In this document: positions 1-13,114 of the stretch, in pieces
Layout: each line of letters opens with the position of its first letter
Position numbering within the stretch: the stretch's first letter is position 1
Assembly (NCBI GenBank): GCA_951406725.2
Contig: OX597821.1
Span: 806,001-870,000, forward strand
Reading direction: 5' to 3'
Origin: Octopus vulgaris
Lineage: Eukaryota
DNA: 64,000 nt
Made by a program: the position numbers and the translations under genes
Notes under the pieces: generated by a model
Seen by the model: the letters and a program-made list of their open reading frames with translations, nothing else
Database searches by the model: none
What the model was told of the DNA's origin: nothing

Positions 1-135
1 GCCTCTATGTATTGAAGAGTCTTTGGTAAAAATATAAAAAGAATTAAAACAAAAAACAAAAAGCAAGCTGCCTTTCGTAATTCACACTTGAAAATAAATT
101 CTGGGGTTGACACCATCAGCTAAACCCTTCAAGAT

Positions 136-356
136 ATTCTTTTCTACTCTAGGCACAAGGCCTGAGATTTTTGGGGAGGGAAAGGGGCAGTTGATTTGAT
201 TGATCCTAGTACGCAACTGACACTCAATTTATTGACCTCAAAAGGTGAAAGGCAAAGTCGACCTCAGTAGAATTTGAACTCAGAACGTAAAGACAGATGA
301 AATACCGCTAAGCATTTTGCCTAGGATGTTAATGATTCTGCCAGCTCACTACCTTC
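136..356 (-). mobile_element. tRNA-derived SINE, family A (Meta/MESC-domain-like)
   Basis: Minus strand reads GAGCTGGCAGAATC...GAGTTCAAAT (A/B-box-like), then GGTCGACTTTGCCTTTCA..., ending AGGCCTTGTGCCTAGAGTAGAAAGAAT. Many similar copies occur in the window. Confidence 0.8.
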
Positions 357-432
357 AAGATAGTGACCGAGTATCTCAGCACATCAATGACTGAATCAAG
401 TAAAAGAGTAATACAAATAAAGATGTAAGTAA

Positions 433-469
<37 letters not shown>

Positions 470-1113
470 CGTGCGTATACATGTACACCATTATCGTTTT
501 TACGTCTGCTTTCTATGGCAGTATGAGTTGGATGGATCATTAAGGTCTGAATCATATTTTACTAAGTGTCATTATTCTCGAAGATTGATGCTTCTGTATG
601 TCATTTGTCTGTCTGTCTGTCTCATATATCAGTGTGTGTGTGTGTGTATGCACACACATGTGAGTGCATAGGTGCAAAACGAGGATTGTAAAAATTAGAA
701 CTTGAATACCAATGGTAGAGTAAGATTATTTCAGAAACTGCTATTCGGAGTTTGATGGATCTGATCTCCAGACATTTATGAACTGAGTGAGAATTTGTGA
801 AATCATTTCAGCTTGAATAAAGTACCTTTTTTTTTTTTAATCTCACATGGAGATAAACAGTCTGAAGAACAAGACGACAAATTAAAAATAGCCAAAATGG
901 TTAAAGCTAAATGTGTGTGTGTGCATATTTCATCATGTTCAACCGTTAATCCTAACACATTTTTCTCATTCTCTCTATTTTTCCTCACATCCCTTTCTGT
1001 TAAAGAGTGTAGGCTTGAAACATCAGAGACTTTTCCATTACACCTGCTTATTGTTCCCTCACCTGTCTATCTTTTATTTTCTGTACATTTGAACCATATA
1101 TATATACATATAT

Positions 1114-1182
<69 letters not shown>

Positions 1183-1274
1183 TACACACACACATATATA
1201 TATAAACACACACACACACACGTGCACATGCACACGAACACACACACATATGAAATTTACATTTTTTTAATCTT

Positions 1275-1421
1275 TTGACATTAGGAAGGGCATCCAGCTG
1301 TAGAAACCATGTCAAACCAGACTGGAACCTGGTGCAGCCCCTCAGCTTACCAGCTTGGCACAAACCATCCAACCCATGCCAGCATGGACAACAGACATTA
1401 AATGATGGTGATGATGATGAT
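1275..1421 (+). mobile_element. Dispersed retroelement 3' end, family D ((GAT)n tail)
   Basis: TTAGGAAGGGCATCCAGCTGTAGAAACC...CCAACCCATGCCAGCATGGA...TTAAATGATGATGAT. Recurs at ~11205-11397(+), 27110-27292(+), 40640-40870(+), 53165-53310(-), 54920-55475(-) and 25365-25500(-). Confidence 0.7.
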
Positions 1422-2191
1422 CTTCACACTGTGCAGATCAACAAGACCTGAAACCTGAAATCACAACACTTATGATAATTCATACAATAAGTTAACTTAT
1501 ATCATTTTATAAATTCAAATACTCTGCTCTATATCACTGTACTGAGTTCTATATACTGTTTCTTGATATACTCTATTATATTATTTATCAAGCATTATCT
1601 GTGTGTGCACGTATGTGTTTGTGTGTGTGCATGTGCGTGCATGTAAATGTACTTCGCATTGATGCGACAATTTCTTGATCTAAACCTCCCAGTTAAAGAG
1701 TCAGTTAATCCGTGCTTTTACATATATTTATATATATGTGCGTGTGTGCATTTTAGCGTTGTCCGACATCCCAAATCCTAAGACAGAATGTTCCGTACTG
1801 CAAAGATAATACAGATAAAACAGCCATGACCTGAAAAACATTGATCAACCATTTGGTTGGATAGTCTGCTTCTTAGCCATTAGGTCTTATTGAGCAGACA
1901 ACAACAACAACAACAACTACAATAAGCGCTACTATGATACTTCTACCACTATAGTTTATAATAAACAGACACAGACAGATATTGGAGTTTATTACATAGA
2001 ATTGATTGGAAGAACCAATGTTTATGGAATGGCAGTGTAGAATGGGTTGGAGAGTATGGTGTGCGTGAGTGTATGAGTGATGATGGTGTGTGTGTGTGTA
2101 TTATTCTGTGAATGTGTGTAATGAATACTTGTGATTGTAATGGATACGTGACTGCGTATGTATCTGTAATAAAATGTATACATATAGCCAA

Positions 2192-2515
2192 CAGGAGTGG
2201 CTGTGTGGTAAGTAGCTTGCTTACCGACCGCATGGCAAGTGTCTTCTACTATAGCCTCAGGCTGACCAAAGCCTTGTATGTGGATTTGATAGACGGAAAC
2301 TGAAAAAAGCCTGTTGTAACACACAACACATATACACACATATACACATAGGTACAAAAGTGTCTGTGTAGTAAGTAGCTTGCTTACCAACCACATGGCT
2401 CTAGGTTCAGTCCCACTACATGGCACCTTGGGCAAGTGTCTTCCACTATAGCCTCGGGCCAGCCAAAACCTTGAGAGCGGATTTGGCAGACAGAAACTGG
2501 AAGAATCCTGTCATA
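2192..2515 (+). mobile_element. Two partial copies of CORE-type SINE family B (Octopus OR-like)
   Basis: AGGAGTGGCTGTGTGGTAAGTAGCTTGCTTACC head, CACCTTGGGCAAGTGTCTT CORE-like motif and GGATTTGGTAGACGGAAACTG-like segment. Confidence 0.8.
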
Positions 2516-3400
2516 TACATACACGTGTATGCCTATAGGTGTGTGCAGATATACTGTGCATGCACAGGCACTCACAAACCTGTATCTACACAAACATACA
2601 CACGCACATATATATATGGAGGGTATGGGAATGGCTACGTGGTTAAGGAATTCTTTTTTCCCAGTCCTGTAGTTATGAGGTTTAGCTTCCTTGTGCAACA
2701 TCTTAGGAAAAGGTGATCAATGGACCAGCCTTGGAACATTCGGTGTTATGCTGAATCTCCCCAACTTCTACATTAAGGGTATAAATGTCTGTGGAGTCCT
2801 CAGCCACTTGCACATTAATTTCATTCCTAAAAGTGAAGATAATTATAGTAAATCAAGAAACAACCTTGTATGGTATATAATATACACCTGTCTGTTGTTT
2901 ATATACATGCTGATGGCCTTTCTGGGCTATTCGTTTTAACTTACTTTCTTTTCATTTATACACACGTGCACATAAATACATAAATATTTTAATACTCACA
3001 CAGACACATATATACACATACACATGTACACACATACACACACACGTACATACAAATACGTGTATATATATGTACATATGCATATATACACATACACACA
3101 TGTACATAAAAATATATAGACAAACATATATATACACATATGTAGATACACATACACACAGTTATACATAAAAATATATACATATACACACACATACAAA
3201 TATATATATATATGCATATATACACATACAAATATATATATATATGCATATATACACATACAAATATATATATATATGCATATATACACATACAAATATA
3301 TATAACAGGAAGGTTTACGAAAATAAAAAAAAGACGAAGGCAGGTGGAGTACAAACAAACAAATGTATTAGTATGGCGCTCAGGAATAGAAATAGAACAA

Positions 3401-3440
3401 GTCTTTTACGTTTCGAGGCTACGCTCTTCGACAGAAAGAT
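3401..3440 (-). ncRNA. Minimal type I hammerhead ribozyme motif in the Penelope tail
   Basis: Minus strand AUCUUU-CUGUCGA-A-GAG(cguagc)CUC-GAAA-CG-UA-AAAGAC: stem I UCUUU/AAAGA, stem II GAG/CUC, palindromic CG stem III. The core has U in place of the conserved A6. Confidence 0.75.
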
Positions 3441-3799
3441 ACACAGAAAAGAAACAAGGAGAGAAAAAAAATGCGTGTAGGAGCTAATGGTCTATCATGG
3501 CGTTCTGACTTCAGGCTGAACTCAGAGGTCCAGAGGTCAGACGTTAGACGCTAGAGGGATAGTAGGGGAGATAACAGGGTCAAGTGACTTCGCCCCAACA
3601 CGAAGGTGCGTGTGTGTATAAGAGAGTATGTATGTGCGGGTGAAAGAGGGCTGGTGATCTGTGAGGGAGCAGTGAGAAAGAGAGAAGGGGAAGAGGGAAG
3701 AAGAAAGAAGAGGGAAGAAGGGGGAAGAAGGGAAGAGGAGGGAAAGAGAGTCAGAGTGAAAAGATGAAGGACTGAAGAGAAGTAGGAGTCGAGGGGGAG

Positions 3800-4563
3800 G
3801 GTAGATGAAAAGGGGGGAAAGTTGAGCCCAAATGGCATAAAAGAGCAAAGAGAGAAGATTAATCCCTGTTCACGGCACAAGCGGGAATCCGGATGGTCTC
3901 TGTGCAAGGACAATCCGAACACAGACAGGTGTTGCGGAAATGGCATGAGACTGGTGTGTCATTGGCGAGGCGGATGTCACGGAGGTGTTTCACGAACCAG
4001 TCGGCCAAGCGGCATCCCGTTTGTCCGATGTACAGGGAATGGCAGAGAGAGCAGGAGATGCAATAGATGATATTGCTGGAGGTGCAGGTGAAGGAGTCGA
4101 TGATGAGATAAGGCCGATGATGGGTGCCGGTGAGGAGGGTGGTGTTGGAGAGGTAAGGGCAAGTGCAGCAACGTGGGTGGGAGCAGCGGAACGAGCCAGG
4201 TTGGGAGGTAGGGTCAGGGAAGAAGCTGTGGACCAAGAGGTCCCGTAGGTTATGGGCTCGTTTGAAGGAGGGGAGGGGTCGGTTAGGGTCGGTGTGAAAT
4301 GGACGGGTCGGATGGAGATGCCGGAAAGCTCGAAGAATGGTGCATGGGAGAGGTAGGGTGGTGGGGTGGTAAGTGAGGGGAAAAGGGAGGTGGGAGACTG
4401 CAGGGCGGTTATGGGGGAAGAGAGCAGATGCACGGTCTGCGGAACGTGCTCTGGCAAGGGCGGTGTGGATAGTGGTGAGCCATGAGTTGAGACTGAGTCT
4501 CAAAGTCATGGTCATCACTACAGAGCCTACGTAGACGGAGGAATTGGGAATAGGGGATGGAAA
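3800..4563 (-). pseudogene. Penelope RT C-terminus plus GIY-YIG endonuclease, frameshifted
   Basis: Motifs are spread over ORFs 3859..4644 and 3551..3946 plus a third segment, implying at least two frameshifts or deletions. Confidence 0.9.
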
Positions 4564-4705
4564 GCTTGGTGTGTTTATATACACATGTTTATATGTGTGT
4601 GCATTTATATATGTGTGTCTATGTACAAAAACATGCACACACACACTATATATATATATATTGATTCTAGTTTCAGCTTATGAGCTGTGGCCATGCTGGG
4701 GCACC

Positions 4706-4752
<47 letters not shown>

Positions 4753-5164
4753 CGTGTGTGTGTATGCATAAAGAAAAAAAGCAAAGTTGAAAAAAATCAC
4801 ACACACACACACACATGCACGAAACAAAACCAAACCAAAACAAAATATAAACTCAAATATATAATTTGACCCGGTATAAACCTGCCATTTGTTTGGCTAA
4901 TATAAATAATTCAAGAAACAATGGCAGCTGTGCCACTGTACATTTGCAGTTGGATATTCACTATATATTAATGCTTTATCATTATTTATGCATCCTTATT
5001 TTTCTTACTATTATTATTATTCTTATTATCATTCTTATTACTGTTATTATTATTGATACTACTACCATTATTATTATTATTATTATTATTATTACTACTA
5101 CAACTTCTACTATTATTTATTATTATTATTCTTACTATTATTGTTGCTGCTGTTACAATTATTG

Positions 5165-5202
<38 letters not shown>

Positions 5203-5869
5203 TTTATTCATATTGTTGTCGTTGGTATTATTATATCACTTTTAGATATTTCTTCATCAAAAATTCAATTATATTTGCACATTGCAGTCATTTATTTTTT
5301 CTGTTTTCCTTCCTCTGTATTTTCATTTTTTCTTTCTTTTAGTTTTGTTCTCTTTTTTTTTCTTTCTCCCAACACATTTTTATGATTTTTATCTCTATTT
5401 TCTATGACTCAGGATTAAACACAAGAGAGTTTGATACATGTCAGTAATAAAAGTACAACCAAAATATTTTTGTTGTTCAAAACCTGCTTGGGTCAGCATA
5501 TCCCTTAATTCTTTGACATTTTATGGTCTGTGGGTGTGATGTGGAATGGTCATGGGTGGAAGGATAAGGATGGCGTGACCATGAATGAATTGATGCTAAA
5601 TCATTTCTTTGAGCCTTCTAAAGTAAGCCAACCATTTGTCAGTGACCTTTAGTGAACCACTTGAAATCCTGTGCTTACAAATTATGAACTTGATGCGTTG
5701 TGGATATAAAATTAAATGTTTCTTAACAGGAGAAAGCAGGTGGCTTAATGGTAAAACACTGTTGCACTCATGATTGCAAGATTGAGGTTTCAATTGCTGA
5801 ACTGGGTGGGGTGTTGTGTTGTGTTCTTAGGCAAAACACATTTTACATTGCTTCAATCCTCATACTCAC

Positions 5870-6058
5870 CTTTGTCACTCCTGAATGGGGAGATCCCCTC
5901 CTAGGACTTTTTTCACCACTGTCTGTCTCTAGCCAGTTGTGACCATATAAGACCCAGGTAGTGAGCAAGATAATCTTGTCATCTTGTCTTGGTTGGCTTC
6001 TTGATCTTGTCCACTGTCTTTCTGTCCATTCTGTCACCATTGACATATTGACATGCAA
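5870..6058 (-). other. Candidate symmetric (phase 0-0) 189-nt exon of an unknown host gene
   Basis: Acceptor tctacctcattccAG| at 6059, consensus donor AAG|GTGAGT at 5870/5869, open frame LHVNMSMVTEW...ETDSGEKSPRRGSPHSGVTK. No homology recognised. Confidence 0.3.
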
Positions 6059-6754
6059 CTGGAATGAGGTAGACTAACCAAATGACCAAGGAAGCCAAAG
6101 AAGTTGGAATTATGTTGGCAAAGGGTGACACAATTCCAACTGCCCCTTAGCAACAGGTTTGAAGCCTTGGAACAACATCACACAAACGATGACTTTCGCT
6201 CCGTCAGGCCTCTTGGCTGTAAAAGAGTTACCCGGCAATGGACTGGAAAGTTTTTAACTGTGCAGTGTCCACAAAACCGACCAAAATTGGTCCGGAGAGG
6301 GGAAGATGGTGGGGTAAAAAAAAAAACTTTAAAAAATGCTTCAGAGCATTTCCAAGGTTACCCTGAAAATTTCAGAAGAGACAAACAGCAGATTCGGACT
6401 GTCCATCTTTTGAAACTAAGATTAAATTGGGTGTGTGTGGATGGAAGTAAATGCTGTGGTCTTGATTACTTTTATGCCATGGAAATGAGGTAACTGGTAC
6501 TTTGAGTCCACGGACTTGAGACAATAGTAATGTCTGGAAGATGATGTTAATAATAACAGGAAATGTTAAATATAAGAGCAGATTCCTGTACAAGCTGGCT
6601 GCAGGTTTCCATCAGGAAAACCTTTCAAGCCTGTACTCTGTGACAACTCATGGCATCACACTTAAGAAACTGTGGTGGTATTTTTCACATTATGAAGTCA
6701 TGGTGTTCTGTAAAAGTTGTGGTTCATAGTTTCGTGTAAGAGTGGACCCTGGTT

Positions 6755-7292
6755 TACTTTTTAGCATTCAATCCAGCCACCCATGCCCAAATAATCTACC
6801 TGTTTACCTGTTCTATGTTCAAATCCGACCTACGATGTCATTCTAAAAATAAACTGTCAATCATCAAAACCTCAAAGCTACAAGATAATGCATGATTAAT
6901 TCAAAGCAATGTGAAGAAATAAGCATCAGGTTAGAGCATCAGGCTCACAGTCATCAGGTAGAGAGTTCGATTCCCGGACCGGACTATGTGTTGTGTTTTT
7001 GAGCAAGACATTTTATTTCACTTTGCTCCAGTTCAGTCAGCTGTAAAAATGAGTTGCGACGTCACTGGTGCCAAGCTGTATCGGCCCCTTTGCCTTTCCC
7101 TTGCATAACATTGGTGCCTTGATGAGGGGAGGCTGATATGCATAGGTGACTGCTGGTCTGCTATAAACAAACTTGCCCGGGCTTCTGCCTCAGAGGGGAA
7201 CTTTCTTGGTGCAATTCCATGGTCGTACATAACTGAAGGAGATCTTTAGCCATTTTTACATTTGACAAAATAATTTGAATGCTAAAGGGTAA
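6755..7292. mobile_element. piggyBac-like MITE (family P2) interrupted by a family C SINE (~6930-7250, +)
   Basis: Ends ...TTTAGCATT / AATGCTAAAGGG. The body matches copies at 38799-39070, 58349-58571 and fragments at 54890-55690 and 58970-59130. The nested SINE contains TTGAGCAAGACA and GACGTCACTGGTGCCAAGCTG. Confidence 0.65.
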
Positions 7293-7705
7293 AAATATTG
7301 TGGGATAAGTTAGTGATGGTATTAAACTATGACAGGGAGATTAAAGGTTTAAATAGTCATCTGCATATCATAGCTAATGTATGTACACTGTTGATAGGCT
7401 AGTTGCTTTGGTAGTTGTCTTGAGATAACATCTCTTATGGCTGTGCTGTGTTAAAAACACAATAAATGTTGGAGGGAGATGAAAATTTGATCCAGTAGGA
7501 TCAGGAATATTTCAACCATTTTGTATATTTTCATTCGAGTGTACTAACACCTCGCCATATGCTCAGATTAAAATTTGTTACTTCTGATACAGGAAAAAGT
7601 AACCAAGACATTCTTATTGACACTCCGTTAGTTATGACGATGAATGTTCCAGTTGATGTGAGCACTGGAACAGTCTGCTAGTAAAATCAATGTTCAAGTA
7701 ACTGG

Positions 7706-7960
7706 TAGCTAGATAGGTACATAGCTAGGTAGTTATATAAGTAACTAGGTAGGTAGATAGATAGCTAGGAAGGTAGATAGATAGATAGGTATCTAGGTAG
7801 ATATATAGGCAGGCAGATAGATAGATAGGTAAATAGGTAGACAGATAAATAAATAGGAAGGTAGATAGATAGATAGATAGAAAGGTAGATAAACAGCTAG
7901 AAGGTAGATAGGTAGGTGGATAGGTAGGTATGTAGATTAGATAGCTAGCTAGCTAGATAG
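7706..7960. repeat. Degenerate (TAGA/TAGG)n microsatellite
   Basis: Direct reading. Confidence 0.9.
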
Positions 7961-8900
7961 CCTTGATGTGGAGTAAATCTAAAGAGAATACTGCAAGTTT
8001 CAGGGCAAAAGTACATAACACAAACATGGGAATAGTTGATCATCAATGTTGTTTAACTTTATTCTGTTAGTCTGTTGAGAGACTAACAGCAGCTTACTGC
8101 AACATAGAATACTTTCCATGGACCCAAGAGTAAACTAATTTACATGTTGGTGCAAGTCTGACAATGGGAACTAAATTCTCTTTGGAATAAACAGAAAAAA
8201 AACCCCTAAAATAAAACAAAAAAAAGTTTTGATATGTATCACTATACTGAAATAAATTTATATATTTAACCCCTTTTTTATGGAACCATCTGAAGAAGAG
8301 ACGATGATGATGGCTGTTGCTGCAGCCATTGGGACTTCTGCTACTAAATTGCATGGAGCTTATTCAGATAAAAACTTTCCTTATTATTTAATGAAGTTAT
8401 GTTCCAATATTATTATCGCTGTTTTTTAGAGTCTACTTTTCTATGCTTGCATTGATCTGATGGAATTTGTTAAGGTTGAACTTTCTACAACATGATGCCC
8501 TTTCTGTTGCCAACCCTCACCTGCTTTTGAGCAATGTAATATTTCTCTAGGAGTGGATATGTTTGCATGGAAGCCTGGAAATGAATGACACAGCTTGTAT
8601 AACAACAACCCTTATTTGCAACTACCATGTGATGCCAAGATGTGGAAGTTAAAACACACAGACATATCTATGAAGGGCTTCTTTCATTTTCCATCTATCA
8701 AATCCATTTATAGGGCTCTTGGATCTAATGGACGGTACAAAGGCTTAGTCTTGAAGTGGAATAAATCTACAAAGAAAACACTAAGTTTTGGCAGAAAAGA
8801 ACATAGAAGGTACAAGTATCGGAACAGTTAATTCTTCATTCTTATATTCTTTTACTCGTTTCAGTCATTTGACTGCAGCCATGCTGGAACACCACCTTAA

Positions 8901-9121
8901 CCCTTTCGCTACTGTATTTATTTTGAGATGTTCTGTGTTTCTCTCAATTATTTCGGATATAACAAAGAATTTAGTAAAATCACTTAGTTATCATTAAGCT
9001 AGTGATAGGAACATAAATTGTGACTAAGGTTTGGTGGAAGGTTTTAACTAAAAACAAATGAAAACAAGACATTTGTACTACAGATCTAGAGCCGGTTTCA
9101 GCTGGGTTAGTAACAAAAGGG
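8901..9121. mobile_element. piggyBac-type MITE (family P1) inserted in a family B SINE
   Basis: TTAA duplication at 8897-8900 and 9122-9125, termini CCCTTT...AAAGGG. It splits a minus-strand family B SINE. A second, inverted copy lies at 58664-58884. Confidence 0.85.
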
Positions 9122-10499
9122 TTAAATCACTTTTAGTCGAATAAATCAACCCAAGGATATTTTCTTTGTAAGCCTGATACATACTCTATCAGTCAATTTT
9201 GCTGAACTGCTAAGTTCATATATACATACATATAAATATGTGTTGCACCAGTTGATCCTCTGGACTTTCTATCTACCCTTTACGGATTCTCTTTTGGACA
9301 TTTACCCTCCAACTGCACCTCTCCTACCTCAGATCACTGTGGACTCTACTATATATATATATACATACACACACACACAATGGGCTTCTTTCAGTTTCCG
9401 TCTACCATAATCCACTCACAAGGCTTTGGTCGGCCTGAGGCTATGGTAGAAGACACTTGCCCAAGGTGCCGCGTGGTGGGACTGAACCTAGTTGTCAACA
9501 TTGTTCAACTTCATCATGTTATTCTGTCAAGAAACTAACAGCAGCTTGTTGTGGCACAGGATACATTTCATGGAAGAATCTTGCTGCTTTATAAATCCCT
9601 CAAAACTGGACGGCCAAACTCTAGGTCTAAGATATGTGCCAATGAATGAGACAAAGAGACTCTACATGGTTGCAAGAAACAACAGCTAAACTAATTCACA
9701 TCCTATCATCTTAAAAATAGGAAGAACATCTTAAATACTATAGTCCCAGATAAGACAGCAGATTAGCAGAGTTCTTATGGCGTTGGATAGAAAACTTTAC
9801 AGTAATTCATTCTAATTCACTGCTCCCTGTGTTCAAATCCTACCAAAGTCACTTTTGCCTTTTGGGGGTGGGGTCAACAGTCTCTTTCTCTCATTATCTC
9901 CGGAAGAACTCACATAATAGTCACACCTAGAGAGAGATGGACAGCAAATGGTTTGAAATGTCCAACACATGCCATATGCCTGCAACTCCCTCAAGAGTTG
10001 AGGACTGAAGGGAAGAATGAATGTCTGAAAATAGAAAATAGGACACAAGATGGTCAGCCTCTGAACATAATATGACTGCTTGATCAGATCTAACCTAGGG
10101 CTAAAAAAAATAAAACAACAAAGAAAACCCAACCAAAAACATGGGAGTCATAATACTAAAACCTTGAAATTTTTGATTATTTTTTAAAAAATCACCAGAG
10201 CATAAAAGCAGTGCAATTTGCTTAAAAAATACTATTTTAAAACAGATAAAATATAGAATTCTTCGATCATAAATCTTGGGAGAATAGTGCCAAAGTTCTC
10301 TGCAAAATGGTACAGGTGAAAGAGACTGGTATTCCTCAATAATTGGGTTTTAAGTTCACCATTCTACCATGAAAATAGATTGTGGAAATCACAATGATTA
10401 ACTGTATTTTTATGTGAATTTCATAAAAAATTGATTGTTACATTTTTTTGTTTGTTACATATAAAAACACACACAAGAACACATATATATATGTATGTT

Positions 10500-10586
<87 letters not shown>

Positions 10587-10660
10587 GGATACAGAGAGAG
10601 AGAGAGATTGATTAAAAATAAGTAACACCTGTGTGTATTTATATGCCTCTTTCTGTCTGC

Positions 10661-10705
<45 letters not shown>

Positions 10706-10961
10706 CAGATTCTAAATATTTATAAAAAAAGGGTGTATGTTAATTAAAAATTAGTGAACACCTGTTTGTTGTGTGTGCTTAAGAGAGTGTGTGTGTGTGT
10801 GTGTATATATGAGTGTGTGTCTAAATATACCCTACCACACACATATAGTAGCCAAGATAAAGTGCATAGTCAGCAGGTGAATAATGCTTCAAAAGATGGA
10901 AAAGAAAATTACATAAATTAATAAAAGCATTAAATGTGAGAGAGAGAGAGAGAGAGAGAGA

Positions 10962-11000
<39 letters not shown>

Positions 11001-11604
11001 AGAGAAAGATAAAACTAATGATAAGAAAACATAATAAAAAAGAGAAGAAAAAATTATGGAGAGAAAAGTGAAGAAAAACATAATGAAGTGAAATATCTGT
11101 ATTCTTTCATCTGTTCATTTTTCATTGTTTGTCTACGACCCTGCTGGGGCACTACCCTGAAGCGTTCCATTTGATCCTATCAACCCCAGAAATTATTTCC
11201 AAACATGCTGGCACCACGTAAAAAGCACCGAGTACGCTCTGTAGAATGGGTGGCTTTAAAAATGGCACCCAGCTGCAGGAACCATGCCAAAACGGATGAC
11301 TAGAGCCTGGAGTAGCCCTCCTGCCTGGCCAGCTCATGTCAAACCGTCAAACCCATGCCGGCATGGAAAACAGACATTAAATAATGATGATGATGAGGAC
11401 ATGTATTTATTTTATTGATCTCTATTCGTCAAGCTGTTAAGTTATGGGATGCCACATAACTCCAGGTCATAAATCAGTGCAAACAAACACACACTCGTAG
11501 AAGGCTTCCACACATAATAAAAAGAACAGAATGGTAATAAACGAGTGAAGAACAAATATATAGTGCATGTGTTTACTTGGGAAAAAAAATGACCATTTCG
11601 AAAT

Positions 11605-11642
<38 letters not shown>

Positions 11643-12564
11643 CTCTTTATATAAAACTGAGAATGTCTGTCTGTCTGTCTGTGTGTTTCCCTAAAACTTG
11701 AGAACTACACAATCAATTTAATTCAAATTTTACACATGCCTTACTTAGGGTCCAGGGAGTGTCATCGGCAAAAAAAAATGTAGTTTCATGGGCAAACAAA
11801 TGTTCAACTTCTTGCCTAGGGCGAGCCCATAGCAAGATCATATCTTCACTATTTCAGTATTACATGTTAAAAGTGAAACAAAAACATTTCTCTATTTTAT
11901 GTCGGATACTTTCACTTTAACAATAAAAATTAGAGATAATAATAACAATTGAATTATATGTAGTAAGTAATAATTAAAATAAAACTAAAGTATAATATAA
12001 TAATTAAATCGTAACGTAACAATTAAAAGTAAAAATAGCAATTGGTATAAAATTGCATCAATGACTTGAACTTCAATAAGTGGTTTCACATGAATGGGAA
12101 TAAATTAAAAATAAAATTAGCGTACAGAAATAGAATAGTCCAGATGGAGCTGTGCACATACCCTTTACTGCAGCTTTTACATTAAATTATCTGCTAATTA
12201 GCCAGCATTAAGTATCTATATGAAGTTTGGCTGTATGTAATGTCTGTTTTCTCGAACAGCCGCTTCTACTGAGTACTGCTGTTGGTTTATTTCTTATACA
12301 TAAAGGACTATAGCTTCAACTGTGTACTGCTTTTTGATTCACCGTAAGATTTGTTGTTATTATTATTAATGTTTAACTATTGTTATCCTGTTTGTTGATT
12401 CCTCGTAAGGGAAACGTTGTTGTGTTGCATTTGTTAAATAATTGTAAACCGTAACCCTCCCTTTGGGAGAAGGAGCTTTGGTTATTGTTTAAAAATTGAA
12501 TTGTGTCCCTGTTTAGGGAAATTGACAATATTTTCACCGTTTATACGGAAGCATTTTTGTTAAA

Positions 12565-13114
12565 ATGCCTTCGATAGAAGAAAGTCCAAAAATGAATTTC
12601 GCTGCAGCCGTCGGCGGGTGCAAACTCATTAAAATTAAAATGGAAGAAATACAAACCTATTTCGGATTGATCACCGACAAAGATGGTGAATCTAGGATAA
12701 CACCACCAAACGAAATAAAAAATTAAATTAAAGAAAAGACTATTGTCTATAAAGTATACAATGTAGAGAAAAAAGAAGATTTGAACACCTGGAGGAAAGC
12801 ACCATTGAAAAGTGTCTTGGTGGGACTATGAAAGATATCTAACCAGAGGAGGTAAATTCGCCACAATAGAAGCAAGGTTTGAGTCAACGGAGCGTGCAAG
12901 AGAGTACTCGACTCAAACCTTGCAAAGTGGAAATATTTTATTTTTACCTTTATATCAGGGATGTGGGACGACCCGGATAAAAATTTAAAATGTTTCCCCA
13001 GAAGTAGAGATAGGCTGGATTATAGCCACACTTCTATACAAGAGGGAGGACAAGATACAATTGATTGAAATTGCAAGAGATGGGCCTACAATTCCAGTCT
13101 GTTATATATTTTGA
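12565..13114 (+). pseudogene. Degenerate ORF inside the Helitron, resembling a non-LTR retrotransposon ORF1/gag-like N-terminus
   Basis: MPSIEESPKMNFAAAVGG...KEKTIVYKVY...TRGGKFATIEARFES...LFLPLYQG...TRIKI*NVSPEVEIGWI, with stops and frameshifts. The resemblance to L1/Tx1-type ORF1 RRM-like regions is by eye only. Confidence 0.45.

Larger units (their letters stand above)
3301..4566 (-). mobile_element. 5'-truncated Penelope-like retroelement (Neptune-like), degenerate
   Basis: Minus strand: SIPYSQFLRLRRLCSDDHDF (PLE RT thumb motif, ~4560-4500), Cys linker CSHPRCCTC, GIY-YIG domain FTCTSSNIIYCISCSLCHSLYIGQTG.RL, then a frameshifted C-terminus REQGLIFSL...PFGLN. A pyrimidine-rich 3' UTR and a hammerhead follow. 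Confidence 0.92.
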
